A stretch of 64,000 nt of DNA, from the NCBI GenBank assembly GCA_964435795.1, contig CAYTAT010000001.1, positions 166,153 to 230,152 of the forward strand, in the 5' to 3' direction. Position numbers and translations under genes: made by a program. The notes below the pieces were generated by a model. It was not told where the DNA came from, ran no database searches, and saw nothing but the letters and a program-made list of their open reading frames with translations. Source of the stretch: an uncultured Spirochaetaceae bacterium. GTDB taxonomy: Bacteria > Myxococcota_A > UBA9160 > UBA4427. Positions 22,841 to 32,412 of this stretch are shown here, piece by piece (the stretch's first letter is position 1; each line of letters starts with the position of its first letter).

Positions 22841-25624
22841 ATGGGAAAGTCGCTCGTCATAGTGGAATCGCCCGCCAAGGCGAAAACCATCAACAAGTAT
22901 CTGGGCCGGGATTTCGTCGTGAAGTCCAGCGTGGGCCACGTACGTGATCTGCCCGTATCCGGTTCGGGCAAGAAAGTGGATCCGGCGGCCCGGGCCCGGG
23001 CCGCGGCCAAGACGCGCAGCCTGAAGGGCGCCAAGCGAGCCGCCCATGTCAAGAAGAAGGCACGCGAGGCCCTGATCGCCCGCATGGGGATCGATCCGGA
23101 GAACGGCTGGAAGGCGAATTACGCGATTCTGCCGAGAAGCGAGAAGGTCGTTACGGAACTCCAGCGTCTGGCCGAGCAGGCGGATATCATCTATCTGGCT
23201 ACAGATCTCGATCGCGAAGGGGAAGCCATCGCCTGGCATCTACGCGAGGTGATCGGTGGCGCCAAGCGACGTTTCAAGCGAGTCGTCTTCAACGAGATCA
23301 CCCGGTCGGCCATCCGGCAGGCCTTCGAATCGCCTGGGGAACTCGATATGGATCGGGTGCACGCCCAGCAGGCCCGTCGTTTCCTGGATCGTGTGGTGGG
23401 TTATATGCTCTCGCCGCTGCTCTGGGCCAAGGTCGCCCGGGGCCTCTCTGCCGGTCGCGTCCAATCCGTCGCCGTGCGTCTGCTGGTGGAGCGCGAGCGC
23501 GAGATCCACGCATTCATTCCCGAGGAATTCTGGGAACTCTACGCGAATGTGGCCAGTTCCGATGGAGAGCCGTTGCGGCTGCAGGTCGTCAAGGAGAATG
23601 GGGAAGAATTCAGGCCGACCAACGCCGAGATCACCCAGCGGGCCGTCTCGCGACTGCAGGAAGAGCGCTTCGTGATCAGCGAGCGCAACGACAAGCCGAC
23701 AACCGTGCGACCGACGGCACCCTATATCACGTCCACGCTTCAGCAGGCCGCCAGCACGCGCCTCAACTTCGGGGTCAAGAAGACGATGGTGCTGGCCCAG
23801 AGGCTCTACGAGGCGGGACATATCACCTATATGAGAACGGATTCGACGAATCTCTCGGCCGAGGCCGTCGATTCCTGTCGTGCCTACGTTCAGGAAGAAT
23901 TCGGGGAGCCCTACCTGCCCGAAGAAGCGATCAACTATTCGAGTCGCGAAGGTGCACAGGAGGCCCACGAAGCCATTCGACCCTCGGATGTGGCCGTTGT
24001 GCCCGGGCAGATCGAGGGTCTCGAGCCAGATCAGGAAAGACTCTACGACATGATCTGGAGGCAATTCGTTGCCTGTCAGATGATGCCCGCACGTTATCTG
24101 AGCAGCACGATCATCTTGAATCTCGCAGGTTTTGAATTGCGCACCCGGGGCCGCATCCTGGTCTTCGACGGTTATACGAAGGTTCAGCCTCCTACCGGCA
24201 AGGGCGATCGAAACGTGGGATTGCCCGATGTGCAGGTGGGTGACATCCTGACTCTCGGAGAACTCGATCCCATCCAGCACTTTACGAAGCCCCCCCCGCG
24301 CTATGGCGAAGCGAGCCTGGTCAAGGAACTCGAGAAACGGGGAATCGGTCGTCCCTCCACCTATGCATCGATCATCTCGACGATCCAGGATCGCGGTTAT
24401 GCACGGGTCGAGAGTCGACGCTTCTACGCCGAAAAAATCGGCGACCTCGTCACGTCCCGGCTGGTCGATAATTTCGGGGATCTGATGGACTACGGTTTTA
24501 CCGCCGAGCTTGAGGAATCCCTGGACGACGTCGCTCTCGGCAAGAAGGAATGGAAGCAGGTTCTGCAGAAATTCTACAAGAGCTTCAGCAAGAAGATCGA
24601 CGATGCCAAGGCTTCCGAAGGTGGGATGGTGCCGAATCTGCCCACGGATACCGATATCGCCTGTCCCCAATGTGGCCGCTCGATGCAGATTCGAACGGCC
24701 TCGACGGGCGTCTTTCTCGGCTGCTCCGGCTACGCGCTGCCCCCGAAGGAGCGTTGCAAGTCCACCATCAATCTGGTGGCGGGTGATGAGGTGGTCAGCG
24801 CCGATGCCGAGGATCAGGAAGAGGGCGAAGCTCGCCTGCTTCTGGACAGGCGGCATTGTCCGAAGTGCAAGACGAGCATGGATAGCTACCTGATCGATGA
24901 AGGTCGCAAATTGCATGTATGCGGGAATAATCCCGACTGCAATGGCTTTGAAGTGGAGGCCGGGCAATTCGTCATCAAGGGTTATGACGGGCCCGTCCTC
25001 GAATGCGATAAATGCGGCGAAGAGATGCAGCTTCGATCGGGTCGTTTCGGAAAATATTTCGGTTGTACGGCAGACGAGTGCAAGAACACCCGAAAGTTGC
25101 TTCGAAACGGTGAACCGGCTCCACCCAAGGTCGATCCGATTCCGATGCCCCACCTTCCATGCCGAAAATGCGACGACTTCTACCTTCTGCGTGATGGGGC
25201 CGCCGGGATTTTTCTCGCGGCCAGCCAATTCCCGAAGCATCGCGAGACCCGAGCGCCCCTGGTCGATGAAATCGTTACCGTGGCCTCCGAACTCGACGAG
25301 AAATATAAATATCTCGCGACCGCGCCCAGTCGGGACCCTCAGGGAAATGAGGCCATGGTGCGCTTCTTGCGAAAGAGCAAGGAGCAATATGTGATGACCG
25401 AGGTCGACGGGAAGGCCACTGGATGGAGAGCCTTCTATCGGGATGGGAAATGGGTCGAAGAGATTCCAAAGCCCAAGGAGCCCCGAAAGAAATCTCCCCG
25501 CAAGAAGAGCTCCGCCAAGAAGGCGGCGGCTCGGAAGACACCCGCCAAGAAGAAAGGCGCGAAACGAAAGGCCAGAGTCACGAAGAGGAAGAGAGAGCAG
25601 GAAGCCGGTGCCGCGGGCAGTTGA
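22841..25624 (+). CDS. topA: DNA topoisomerase I (type IA) with C-terminal zinc ribbons and a lysine-rich tail
   Basis: N-terminus [22 protein letters not shown], Toprim DLDREGE, active-site ITYMRTDS, several CxxC...CxxC ribbons and a [17 protein letters not shown]... tail. Confidence 0.95.
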   Translation: MGKSLVIVESPAKAKTINKYLGRDFVVKSSVGHVRDLPVSGSGKKVDPAARARAAAKTRSLKGAKRAAHVKKKAREALIARMGIDPENGWKANYAILPRSEKVVTELQRLAEQADIIYLATDLDREGEAIAWHLREVIGGAKRRFKRVVFNEITRSAIRQAFESPGELDMDRVHAQQARRFLDRVVGYMLSPLLWAKVARGLSAGRVQSVAVRLLVEREREIHAFIPEEFWELYANVASSDGEPLRLQVVKENGEEFRPTNAEITQRAVSRLQEERFVISERNDKPTTVRPTAPYITSTLQQAASTRLNFGVKKTMVLAQRLYEAGHITYMRTDSTNLSAEAVDSCRAYVQEEFGEPYLPEEAINYSSREGAQEAHEAIRPSDVAVVPGQIEGLEPDQERLYDMIWRQFVACQMMPARYLSSTIILNLAGFELRTRGRILVFDGYTKVQPPTGKGDRNVGLPDVQVGDILTLGELDPIQHFTKPPPRYGEASLVKELEKRGIGRPSTYASIISTIQDRGYARVESRRFYAEKIGDLVTSRLVDNFGDLMDYGFTAELEESLDDVALGKKEWKQVLQKFYKSFSKKIDDAKASEGGMVPNLPTDTDIACPQCGRSMQIRTASTGVFLGCSGYALPPKERCKSTINLVAGDEVVSADAEDQEEGEARLLLDRRHCPKCKTSMDSYLIDEGRKLHVCGNNPDCNGFEVEAGQFVIKGYDGPVLECDKCGEEMQLRSGRFGKYFGCTADECKNTRKLLRNGEPAPPKVDPIPMPHLPCRKCDDFYLLRDGAAGIFLAASQFPKHRETRAPLVDEIVTVASELDEKYKYLATAPSRDPQGNEAMVRFLRKSKEQYVMTEVDGKATGWRAFYRDGKWVEEIPKPKEPRKKSPRKKSSAKKAAARKTPAKKKGAKRKARVTKRKREQEAGAAGS

Positions 25625-25790
25625 TTATGGGAATCCGGATTCCAGCCTCCTCGCGCCCGTCATCTCTTTTCTCTTGGGACCTGCTTCGACCATGAAGATT
25701 CTCCCGGCTTCTGGGCGGGGAAAAGGTAATAACGGAGAAAGAGGAAAAGCGAAGTCAATCGATTCCTGATTCGCTACGGGCATTCGGGTT

Positions 25791-27047
25791 ATGGTACGGG
25801 CTTTTGATCGCGTTCTTCTTGCGAGACATTTTGCACTCTCCCTGGGAGCGCTGATCGCATATTTTTTCAGGGCCGAGTTGATGATCGGCTACCTGGCACT
25901 TTCGATTGTCGGTGTCAGCGCCGCCTTGAATTTTCTGGCCTACTCCTTCGGCGTCTATCCGAGCATGACCCGCATCTGCATGGCCGCCTCCCCGATGATT
26001 GGCGTCGGGGGTTGGAGCGCGCTGGTGGCCGCGACTCAAGGTATCGCTTCGCCCTTCATTCCCGGGCTCTGGCTGGAGATCGTGCTTTCCGCCATGGGGC
26101 TCCGTCTTCGAAGCGTCACCGTGGTTACCGTCGCCGCGATCGCCGGTCTCTGGCTATCGCAGCTCTGGATCGGCGTCGATGGCGTTCTTCGCAACCTGGT
26201 GGTGCAGTCCGGATTCATGATGGGGATGGGCCTGGCGACCCTGCTGGTGACGCGACGCTGGATTCAGCGCCAGACTTCGATGTTGCAGGAGAGCGAACAA
26301 CTCGGGCGAAAGGTCCACGGGTTGACCCGGGAGTTGGAGGATGAACGCACCGTTGCCGCCCTGGGTGAAAAGGTGGCCCGCCTCGCCCACGGCATCAAGA
26401 ATGCCGTTCATAGCCTGCGTGGATTCAGTAGCCTGGTCGAGGCGCGTGTCGTGGGCCAGCCCGAAGCCCGGGCGGCCCTCGAAGGACTTCGTTCGGCGAT
26501 CGACGATCTCGAGTCCCTGGCCAGGACGACTCTCGCCTCCGAGGGGGTAGGAGTCGAGGGGAGCCCGAGACAAGCGGGGGAGCAGGCTTCTCCGGATGCG
26601 GGGAAAAGAGCCGCTGCCGGAGTGCTTTCCCCTGCGATTCAGAGAGCGATCGATGATATTCGCATTGCCCATCCCAAGGTGAATTGGGAGATCATATCCG
26701 AGGGTTTCTCTCCCGAGTTGAGTCTCTCCGATTCATCCCTGACGGAAACCCTCACGATCCTGCTGCGCAATGCGGTGGAGGCCATGAAGGGCGAGGGGGA
26801 GGGAAGGGTCGAGAGTCGGGTGGTCAACGGACGCTTCATCCTGACGATCATGGATGAGGGCGGGGGCCTTGCGCCTGAAGAACTCGGCGAGGTCTTCAAG
26901 CCCGGATTCACGACCAAGGAAGAGGGCAGTGGTTACGGACTCTTCCTGGCCAGGAGAATTGTTGAGCAGCATGGCGGTACGATATCTGCTTCTGCCTCGC
27001 CCGAGGGGGGTGCGTCATTTGAAATCAATCTTCCCACTCCGGGTTGA
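25791..27047 (+). CDS. Membrane sensor histidine kinase (polytopic N-terminus, HisKA + HATPase_c)
   Basis: About 5-6 TM helices with no obvious periplasmic domain. The H-box is LAHGIKNAVHSL, with N and G boxes (LLRNAVEAM, GSGYGLFLARRIVEQHGG). Confidence 0.85.
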   Translation: MVRAFDRVLLARHFALSLGALIAYFFRAELMIGYLALSIVGVSAALNFLAYSFGVYPSMTRICMAASPMIGVGGWSALVAATQGIASPFIPGLWLEIVLSAMGLRLRSVTVVTVAAIAGLWLSQLWIGVDGVLRNLVVQSGFMMGMGLATLLVTRRWIQRQTSMLQESEQLGRKVHGLTRELEDERTVAALGEKVARLAHGIKNAVHSLRGFSSLVEARVVGQPEARAALEGLRSAIDDLESLARTTLASEGVGVEGSPRQAGEQASPDAGKRAAAGVLSPAIQRAIDDIRIAHPKVNWEIISEGFSPELSLSDSSLTETLTILLRNAVEAMKGEGEGRVESRVVNGRFILTIMDEGGGLAPEELGEVFKPGFTTKEEGSGYGLFLARRIVEQHGGTISASASPEGGASFEINLPTPG

Positions 27048-27110
27048 GGGTCTGCTAACTTCACGCGGTCGGCCGCGATACGCCGGAATAGAGCAGCAGG
27101 GCAAGCCGAT

Positions 27111-28442
27111 TTGACCGATAACATTCTCATTGTCGACGACGAACCCTCCGCGCTGGATTATCTCAGGGTTCTGTTGGAAGATCAGGGCTTCGCCGTGCGC
27201 GCGACAGCCAATGGTGTCGAAGCCCTGATCGCCATGGAGATCCAATCCTACGATCTGGTAATTTCCGACATTCGTATGCCCCAGATGGATGGCCTCGAAC
27301 TCCTCAACCATCTGAAGGAACGTTGGCCCGACTGCCCCGTGATCGTTCTGACCGCCAACGAAGGGGTCGAGGATATCATCAAGGCGATCCACCTCGGTGC
27401 GATCAACTACGTCATCAAACCGGCCTCAGCCTCGAATGTCCTGGTGGCAGTTGAAAAGGCCCTGAGGGTCAGACCTCGCCGAGATGAGTTGCCGCCCTCG
27501 ATTCCGGAATTGGTGGGCCAGAGCGCCGCCATCGTCGAAGTGCGGCATCAGACGGTGATGGCGGCCCGCAGCGATGTGCACGTGATCGTCACAGGCGATA
27601 CGGGTACCGGCAAGGAATTGGTCGCCCGTTCGATTCATTCCCATTCCAGTGTTGCGAATGGGCCCTTCGTGGCCCATAACTGCGCTCTGTCTCCGCCCGA
27701 ACTCTTCGAAAGCGAATTTTTCGGTCATCGTCGTGGTTCCTTTACCGGTGCCGAACGCGATCACGTCGGGCTGCTTCGACAGGCCCATGGCGGCGTCCTC
27801 TTCCTGGACGAACTCGAGACCATGCTTCCCGCCCACCAGGCCAAACTGCTACGCGTGATCGATGACGGCGAAGTGAGGGCTGTGGGCTCGGAAGAGACTC
27901 GGAACGTTTCGGTGAGATTCGTAGCCGCAACCAATCGGGACCCACATATCATGATGGAAGATGGGACCCTGAGAGAAGATCTCTACTATCGACTACGGGG
28001 GATTGAAATCCGCTTGCCCGCCCTCAGCGATCGGATCGACGATATTCCCCTGCTCGCGGATCATTTCAGTGGCTCCGCCGGGGGTGTTTTTACGACCGAG
28101 GCCCTCGATGCCCTGATGAATTCAGCTTGGCCCGGCAATGTTCGTCAGCTGAGGAATATCGTTCAAGGGGCCCGTGCAGCGGCTGGTGAGGGCCCGATCG
28201 GAGTGGAACATCTGGGTCTGGATGCCAGGAATGCCTCTCGGGGAGGCGCACGGAAAGCCGCCGTGATCGAGCCCGCACGGGCGGGAAGTGTTCCGCGCGG
28301 GGTGACGCTTCGGGAACTCGAGCGCAGGGGAATCGAACAGGCACTCGAGGACTGCGAAGGAAATCGAACGCGCGCGGCCAAACAACTCGACATCGATCGC
28401 TCGACCCTGAGGCGAAAACTCCGGGAATTCGGCCTCGACTGA
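27111..28442 (+). CDS. Sigma-54-dependent response regulator (NtrC family enhancer-binding protein)
   Basis: Receiver domain (DIRMPQMDG), AAA+ Walker A (GDTGTGKE), a GSFTGA variant of the GAFTGA loop, ESEFFGH, and a C-terminal Fis-type HTH (RTRAAKQLDIDRSTLRRKL). TTG start. Confidence 0.9.
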   Translation: MTDNILIVDDEPSALDYLRVLLEDQGFAVRATANGVEALIAMEIQSYDLVISDIRMPQMDGLELLNHLKERWPDCPVIVLTANEGVEDIIKAIHLGAINYVIKPASASNVLVAVEKALRVRPRRDELPPSIPELVGQSAAIVEVRHQTVMAARSDVHVIVTGDTGTGKELVARSIHSHSSVANGPFVAHNCALSPPELFESEFFGHRRGSFTGAERDHVGLLRQAHGGVLFLDELETMLPAHQAKLLRVIDDGEVRAVGSEETRNVSVRFVAATNRDPHIMMEDGTLREDLYYRLRGIEIRLPALSDRIDDIPLLADHFSGSAGGVFTTEALDALMNSAWPGNVRQLRNIVQGARAAAGEGPIGVEHLGLDARNASRGGARKAAVIEPARAGSVPRGVTLRELERRGIEQALEDCEGNRTRAAKQLDIDRSTLRRKLREFGLD

Positions 28443-28467
28443 CGGAAGGATTGCCGGCCGATCGGGA

Positions 28468-29379
28468 TCAGCGGAACTCCCTCGCCGATAGGGCGAGGGT
28501 CTTGGAGTGGACGCTCGCAGCGAAGGCGGCATCCGGTCTGGTAGTGCGACCGGGATCGTGCCAGGGCTCCAACTCCCTCGCGAGTGCCGTCGTGCGGGTG
28601 TCGAAGGGGACTTCCTCGATGGGTCGATGGATCGCCCATTCGGAGAGAAGGGCCTCTTGAAGGCTCCCGATTTGAAGCTCTTTCGTGGCGTCTTCCACCG
28701 CACCGGCCGTGGCGGGATCCCAGGCCAGGTCCAGGGCGGCATAGACGGGGGTCAGGACCTTTCGCAGCCTGGCGGAGTCCCTGACGACGATTACTCCACC
28801 GAGATGGGCTGCACCCTGGATGATGCGTTGGCCCACACCCATCAGCTTGATGCGCGTGTCGGCATTGACGCTGTAGTCCCCGGGGCAATATTCCCCGGGA
28901 ATGGCTCCGATTTCGGCATTCACACCGACGCGTCTCAGGCCGCGTTGAACGATTCTCGAAACGATCTCGAATCGCTCGCGAATGCCATCCCGTGCTCGGG
29001 GGTCAGGAATGGCCCATGAGAAGGCGAGGCAGTGACGGTGAAAGAGGGCGGCGTGTCCGCCGCCCAGGCGGAGCACGCTCTGGCAACCCGCCTCCTCCGC
29101 CCGTTTCAAAGCCTCTGGAAAGCCTTTTCTTTTCGCGTCGAGGAGGGAGAAGACCACCACGTCGTCTGGGGCGTAGAGTCGAAGTGTCTCGGGGAGTTCT
29201 CCCCGGGCTACGCGTCGCAGTAGGGCGTGGCTCATCGCCGTGTCGAGGATGGCCTGGCCGGGGAAGGTCTGAGCCGAGAAGGCGAGGGAGCGTTGGCAAG
29301 TGGCCGGAGTGTCGTTGGGTTCAGGAGCGATCTTCTTCTCCTTCCTCCAGGGCATCGAAGGCTTTGCGTACCCGCTCAC
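28468..29379 (-). CDS. Lipoate/biotin protein ligase (BPL_LplA_LipB) family protein
   Basis: LRLYAP...VVFS, RLGGGHAALF, and KLMGVGQR (the conserved Lys segment of LplA-like enzymes). The start is uncertain: GTG 29379 or ATG 29355, and both overlap the 3' end of the upstream gene. Confidence 0.65.
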   Translation of the reverse strand: MSGYAKPSMPWRKEKKIAPEPNDTPATCQRSLAFSAQTFPGQAILDTAMSHALLRRVARGELPETLRLYAPDDVVVFSLLDAKRKGFPEALKRAEEAGCQSVLRLGGGHAALFHRHCLAFSWAIPDPRARDGIRERFEIVSRIVQRGLRRVGVNAEIGAIPGEYCPGDYSVNADTRIKLMGVGQRIIQGAAHLGGVIVVRDSARLRKVLTPVYAALDLAWDPATAGAVEDATKELQIGSLQEALLSEWAIHRPIEEVPFDTRTTALARELEPWHDPGRTTRPDAAFAASVHSKTLALSAREFR

Positions 29380-30358
29380 TCTCGGGATGCCGGAAGATGC
29401 GCTCGTAGAAGATCGCTCGTTCGCGTTCGGCCATCAGGCGCGGTTGCTCGACAGTCGCCCAATGGGTCAGGACTTTCCAGAAGCCATCGATGAGGGAGGC
29501 ACCGTTCAATTCGCTTCCGAGCGTTGTCTTGAAGCTGAGATGGCGAATCTCCCCAAGATAGAGTTTCAGGGAATCCACGTGGAATACTTCATCCTGGCGG
29601 ATTCGGTCCACGATTACGGCGGCCCCTTCAGCCTGATCGCGGCGATCGGTGAAGAGTTCGGGATCGCGCAGCAGGGACTCCGCCAGGGCGAATGCGCGTT
29701 CTGCTCGAAACTCGATCAGGAGGAGATTCAAGAGGAATCGGATGACCTGGGCGTAGGCCTCCTCGATCGGTGAGGCGCTCTCCTGCTCGGATTCGGGCCG
29801 GGCGATATTCTCCGGAACTTCGGGTTCCGGGTAGTCGACTTCACCGAAGGCGAGGTCTCGAAGAGCAAACCACATTTCATCATGGGCGCCGATGATCTTT
29901 TCCTTTTCACCCCCCTCGTCGAGCCCATGGGCTTCCAGCAGCCCCTTGTGGAGATGGCCCACCGCCATCTCGCGGATATCCTCGACGACGATCCGCTGGA
30001 AATTCGGGAACTGCATTTCCGCCAGGATCCTTCCCCGGGCTTCGATATGTCCGGTGATGGTCAGGGAGTTCCAGAAACTCTGCCCGAGTCCCTCCTGAAG
30101 CAGGAGTCTGGACTGCGCGAGGCTCGGGTAGCGGATGCCGTCGAGCAGGGAGGCATCGGTCTGCAAGACGTCCCCGCCCCGGGCTCGCAAGGCCTCGGTC
30201 CAGGATACGACCGCCGGGCCGCGCACGCGCATCCGTGGCGAGATATATCGACCCTCGACGTCAAAGCCGCCATGGAGTCGCCGGCCGCCGACCTCCTGCA
30301 AGGATGCGTAGTCATCTTCCGAAAGCAGTTCATCTCTTTCATAGCTGAGGCGATTCAT
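29321..30358 (-). CDS. Hypothetical protein; acidic, helical, possibly a metal-binding (ferritin-like?) fold
   Basis: About 345 aa from ATG 30358 with a GGAG SD 10 nt upstream. It carries several Glu/His pairs (HIEARG, LEAHG, HDEMW, DEVFH). I recognised no family. Confidence 0.55.
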   Translation of the reverse strand: MNRLSYERDELLSEDDYASLQEVGGRRLHGGFDVEGRYISPRMRVRGPAVVSWTEALRARGGDVLQTDASLLDGIRYPSLAQSRLLLQEGLGQSFWNSLTITGHIEARGRILAEMQFPNFQRIVVEDIREMAVGHLHKGLLEAHGLDEGGEKEKIIGAHDEMWFALRDLAFGEVDYPEPEVPENIARPESEQESASPIEEAYAQVIRFLLNLLLIEFRAERAFALAESLLRDPELFTDRRDQAEGAAVIVDRIRQDEVFHVDSLKLYLGEIRHLSFKTTLGSELNGASLIDGFWKVLTHWATVEQPRLMAERERAIFYERIFRHPESERVRKAFDALEEGEEDRS

Positions 30359-30380
30359 GCTTCCGTTCTCCGGGGAGAGA

Positions 30381-30800
30381 TTACCACTCTCCAATATTCC
30401 CCATGGAGATCCAGGGCTCGCGGGGAGTCAGGGCCTCTCCCCGTTGCAGAAGTTCTATTGAAATGCCATCCGGGGAACGGATGAAGGCCATGCGGCCGTC
30501 CCGGGGTGGGCGGTTGATGATGACGCCGGATTCCATCAACTGGCTGCAGGTCTCGTGGATGTCTTCCACCTCGTAGGCGAGGTGGCCGAAGTTCCGTCCC
30601 CCCGGATAGGGCTCGGGATCCCAATTCCAGGTCAGTTCCACCTGGGCCTCGGGATTGCCGGGTGCGGCGAGGAAGATCAGGCTGAAGCGCCCCGCCTCGA
30701 CATCCACCCGATTGAGTTCTTCGAGGCCGAGCTTTCCGCAGTAGAAGTCCAGGGAAGCATCGAGATCCGTAACCCGAACCATGGAGTGTAGAAATCGCAT
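30381..30800 (-). CDS. gloA: Lactoylglutathione lyase (glyoxalase I)
   Basis: MRFLHSMVRVTDLDASLDFY...GHLAYEVEDI...GISIELLQ. This is a typical VOC-fold GloA of about 139 aa. The start was moved to the internal ATG at 30800. Confidence 0.9.
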   Translation of the reverse strand: MRFLHSMVRVTDLDASLDFYCGKLGLEELNRVDVEAGRFSLIFLAAPGNPEAQVELTWNWDPEPYPGGRNFGHLAYEVEDIHETCSQLMESGVIINRPPRDGRMAFIRSPDGISIELLQRGEALTPREPWISMGNIGEW

Positions 30801-31104
30801 CCCCAGAGTGTCCACGATGTCGTGTGGGCCTGCTAGGCCTGATCCCCCAGCACTCGGAGCAAGCGGAAGAGCCACTTCTTCGGAGGGGGGGCCGCGCGGG
30901 AGGATCGGGGGGGTGGCCCCAATGCGTAGAGCGGATTGGAGCTAGCCCCGATCCCAGATCTTCGAGCAGAGTATCGCGAAGGGGCTCAGGGGCGGCTGGG
31001 GCGGCTGCCGTCGATGATCCCAGCCGACTCGCCGCTGGACTTCCCGGGGCGAGCCTTTCGAGCTCTGAAATCCCGGGGAAGGGTCGCTGCCGAGTCGATT
31101 GGGC

Positions 31105-31130
31105 TTGTGAAAAGACGGGCCTGATATAAT
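31105..31130 (+). promoter_or_regulatory. Sigma-70-like promoter candidate (TTGTGA ... TGATATAAT, extended -10)
   Basis: A perfect TATAAT at 31125-31130 is preceded by TG at the extended -10 position, about 50 nt upstream of the cdaA-like GTG start. The -35 spacing is short (14 nt). Confidence 0.35.
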
Positions 31131-31180
31131 CTGACTGCACGGCCCGAATCGCGAGCCCTCTCGGCAGGGATTGCGGGTCC

Positions 31181-32365
31181 GTGGGATTGGGGGAATGCTT
31201 GCCGACCCTCGCCGACTTGCGCTTCAGTGACGTGATCGACATCGCAATCGTGGCGACGCTGATCTGGCTCGTGATCGCGTGGTTTCGAACCTCCCAGGCT
31301 CGTCTGGCTCTGCTCGGGCTCGCCGCCGTAGCGGGTCTTTTTGCCCTGGCCCAGGGGCTGGATCTGCAGCTGACGACTCGGCTCCTACAGGGTTTTTTCG
31401 CTGTCGTCGCCGTGATGCTGGTGGTCGTCTTCCAGGACGATCTGCGCCGCCTCTTCGAGGGAATCGCCGTCTGGGGCCTGCGGCGGGGTGCCCCGCATCC
31501 CCCTCCGGACGTGGAGCGGATGCTGATTCGCTGTCTCTTCAGGTTCGCGGAAACCAGAGTCGGGGCCCTCGTCGTTCTCCCTGGACGCGAACCCATCGAG
31601 CGACATCTCGACGGAGGCATTTATCTGGACGGCAGGCTTTCGGAACCCCTCCTCCTGAGCCTCTTTGATACGGCCACCCCCGGGCATGACGGCGCGATTC
31701 TCATCCAGGCCAATCGGGTCGTGCGATTCGGCATCCATCTGCCCCTTTCGACGGATTGGGATCGCCTGGGCATGGGGGGAACGCGTCATGCCGCGGCCCT
31801 GGGCCTGGCGGAACGAAGCGATGCGATGTGCCTGGTGGTTTCCGAGGAAAGAGGTGAAGTTTCGGTCGCCCGGGGCGGAGAGTTGCGGACGGTCGAGGCA
31901 CCCGAGGAGTTGGCGAGCGCATTGCATGATTTTGTCCTGCGGAGCACTCTGAGTTCGGACTCCGATCGCATCCCAAAATTGCTGATGCGTTTGCGAACCG
32001 GCTGGCGTGAAGCGTTGATCGCCGTCGGACTCGCCACGGCCCTCTGGTATGTGGCGGTACCGGGCGGAGCCGTGGAGAAAATGGATCGACGAGTACCCAT
32101 TGTCGTGGAGAATCTGCCCGAGGGTTTCGAATTGACTTCCGTCACCCCTGCTGATGTGGCCGTCGAATTCGAAGGTCTGCGCCGAGATCTCTATATGGCC
32201 GGTGCGGACGATTTCGCCGTTCGGATCGATGCCTTCCTGGTGCAACTCGGGCGAAGAACCTTCGCTCTTGAACTCGGCCAGGTCCAGAGTCCCGATCCGA
32301 TCCGCGCTCTTTCCATACGCCCGGAGAAGGTTCGACTCTCCATCAGGAAGACTCGGGAGGAGTAG
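31181..32365 (+). CDS. cdaA: Diadenylate cyclase (CdaA-type) fused through a TM helix to a C-terminal YbbR-like domain
   Basis: N-terminal TM helices are followed by a DAC domain with HDGAILI and GTRHAAALG motifs, a TM helix (EALIAVGLATALWYVAV), and a YbbR-like beta domain (VPIVVENLPEGFELTSVTPADVAVEFEG...IRPEKVRLSI). Confidence 0.8.
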   Translation: MGLGECLPTLADLRFSDVIDIAIVATLIWLVIAWFRTSQARLALLGLAAVAGLFALAQGLDLQLTTRLLQGFFAVVAVMLVVVFQDDLRRLFEGIAVWGLRRGAPHPPPDVERMLIRCLFRFAETRVGALVVLPGREPIERHLDGGIYLDGRLSEPLLLSLFDTATPGHDGAILIQANRVVRFGIHLPLSTDWDRLGMGGTRHAAALGLAERSDAMCLVVSEERGEVSVARGGELRTVEAPEELASALHDFVLRSTLSSDSDRIPKLLMRLRTGWREALIAVGLATALWYVAVPGGAVEKMDRRVPIVVENLPEGFELTSVTPADVAVEFEGLRRDLYMAGADDFAVRIDAFLVQLGRRTFALELGQVQSPDPIRALSIRPEKVRLSIRKTREE

Positions 32366-32412
32366 GGGAGGAATCCGGACGATGCCGCTTCTCGACGGGA
32401 GCTAAATCCGCA

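Noticed and set aside
23240-25387. 715-aa minus-strand ORF opposite topA
   Set aside because: It is antisense to a textbook TopA, has low-complexity composition and shows no recognisable domain.
30859-30874. Minus-strand TGGCTC...TTGCT sigma-54-like sequence upstream of gloA
   Set aside because: The spacing is again one nucleotide too long (TTGC at 13-16 instead of 12-15), so it was not called.
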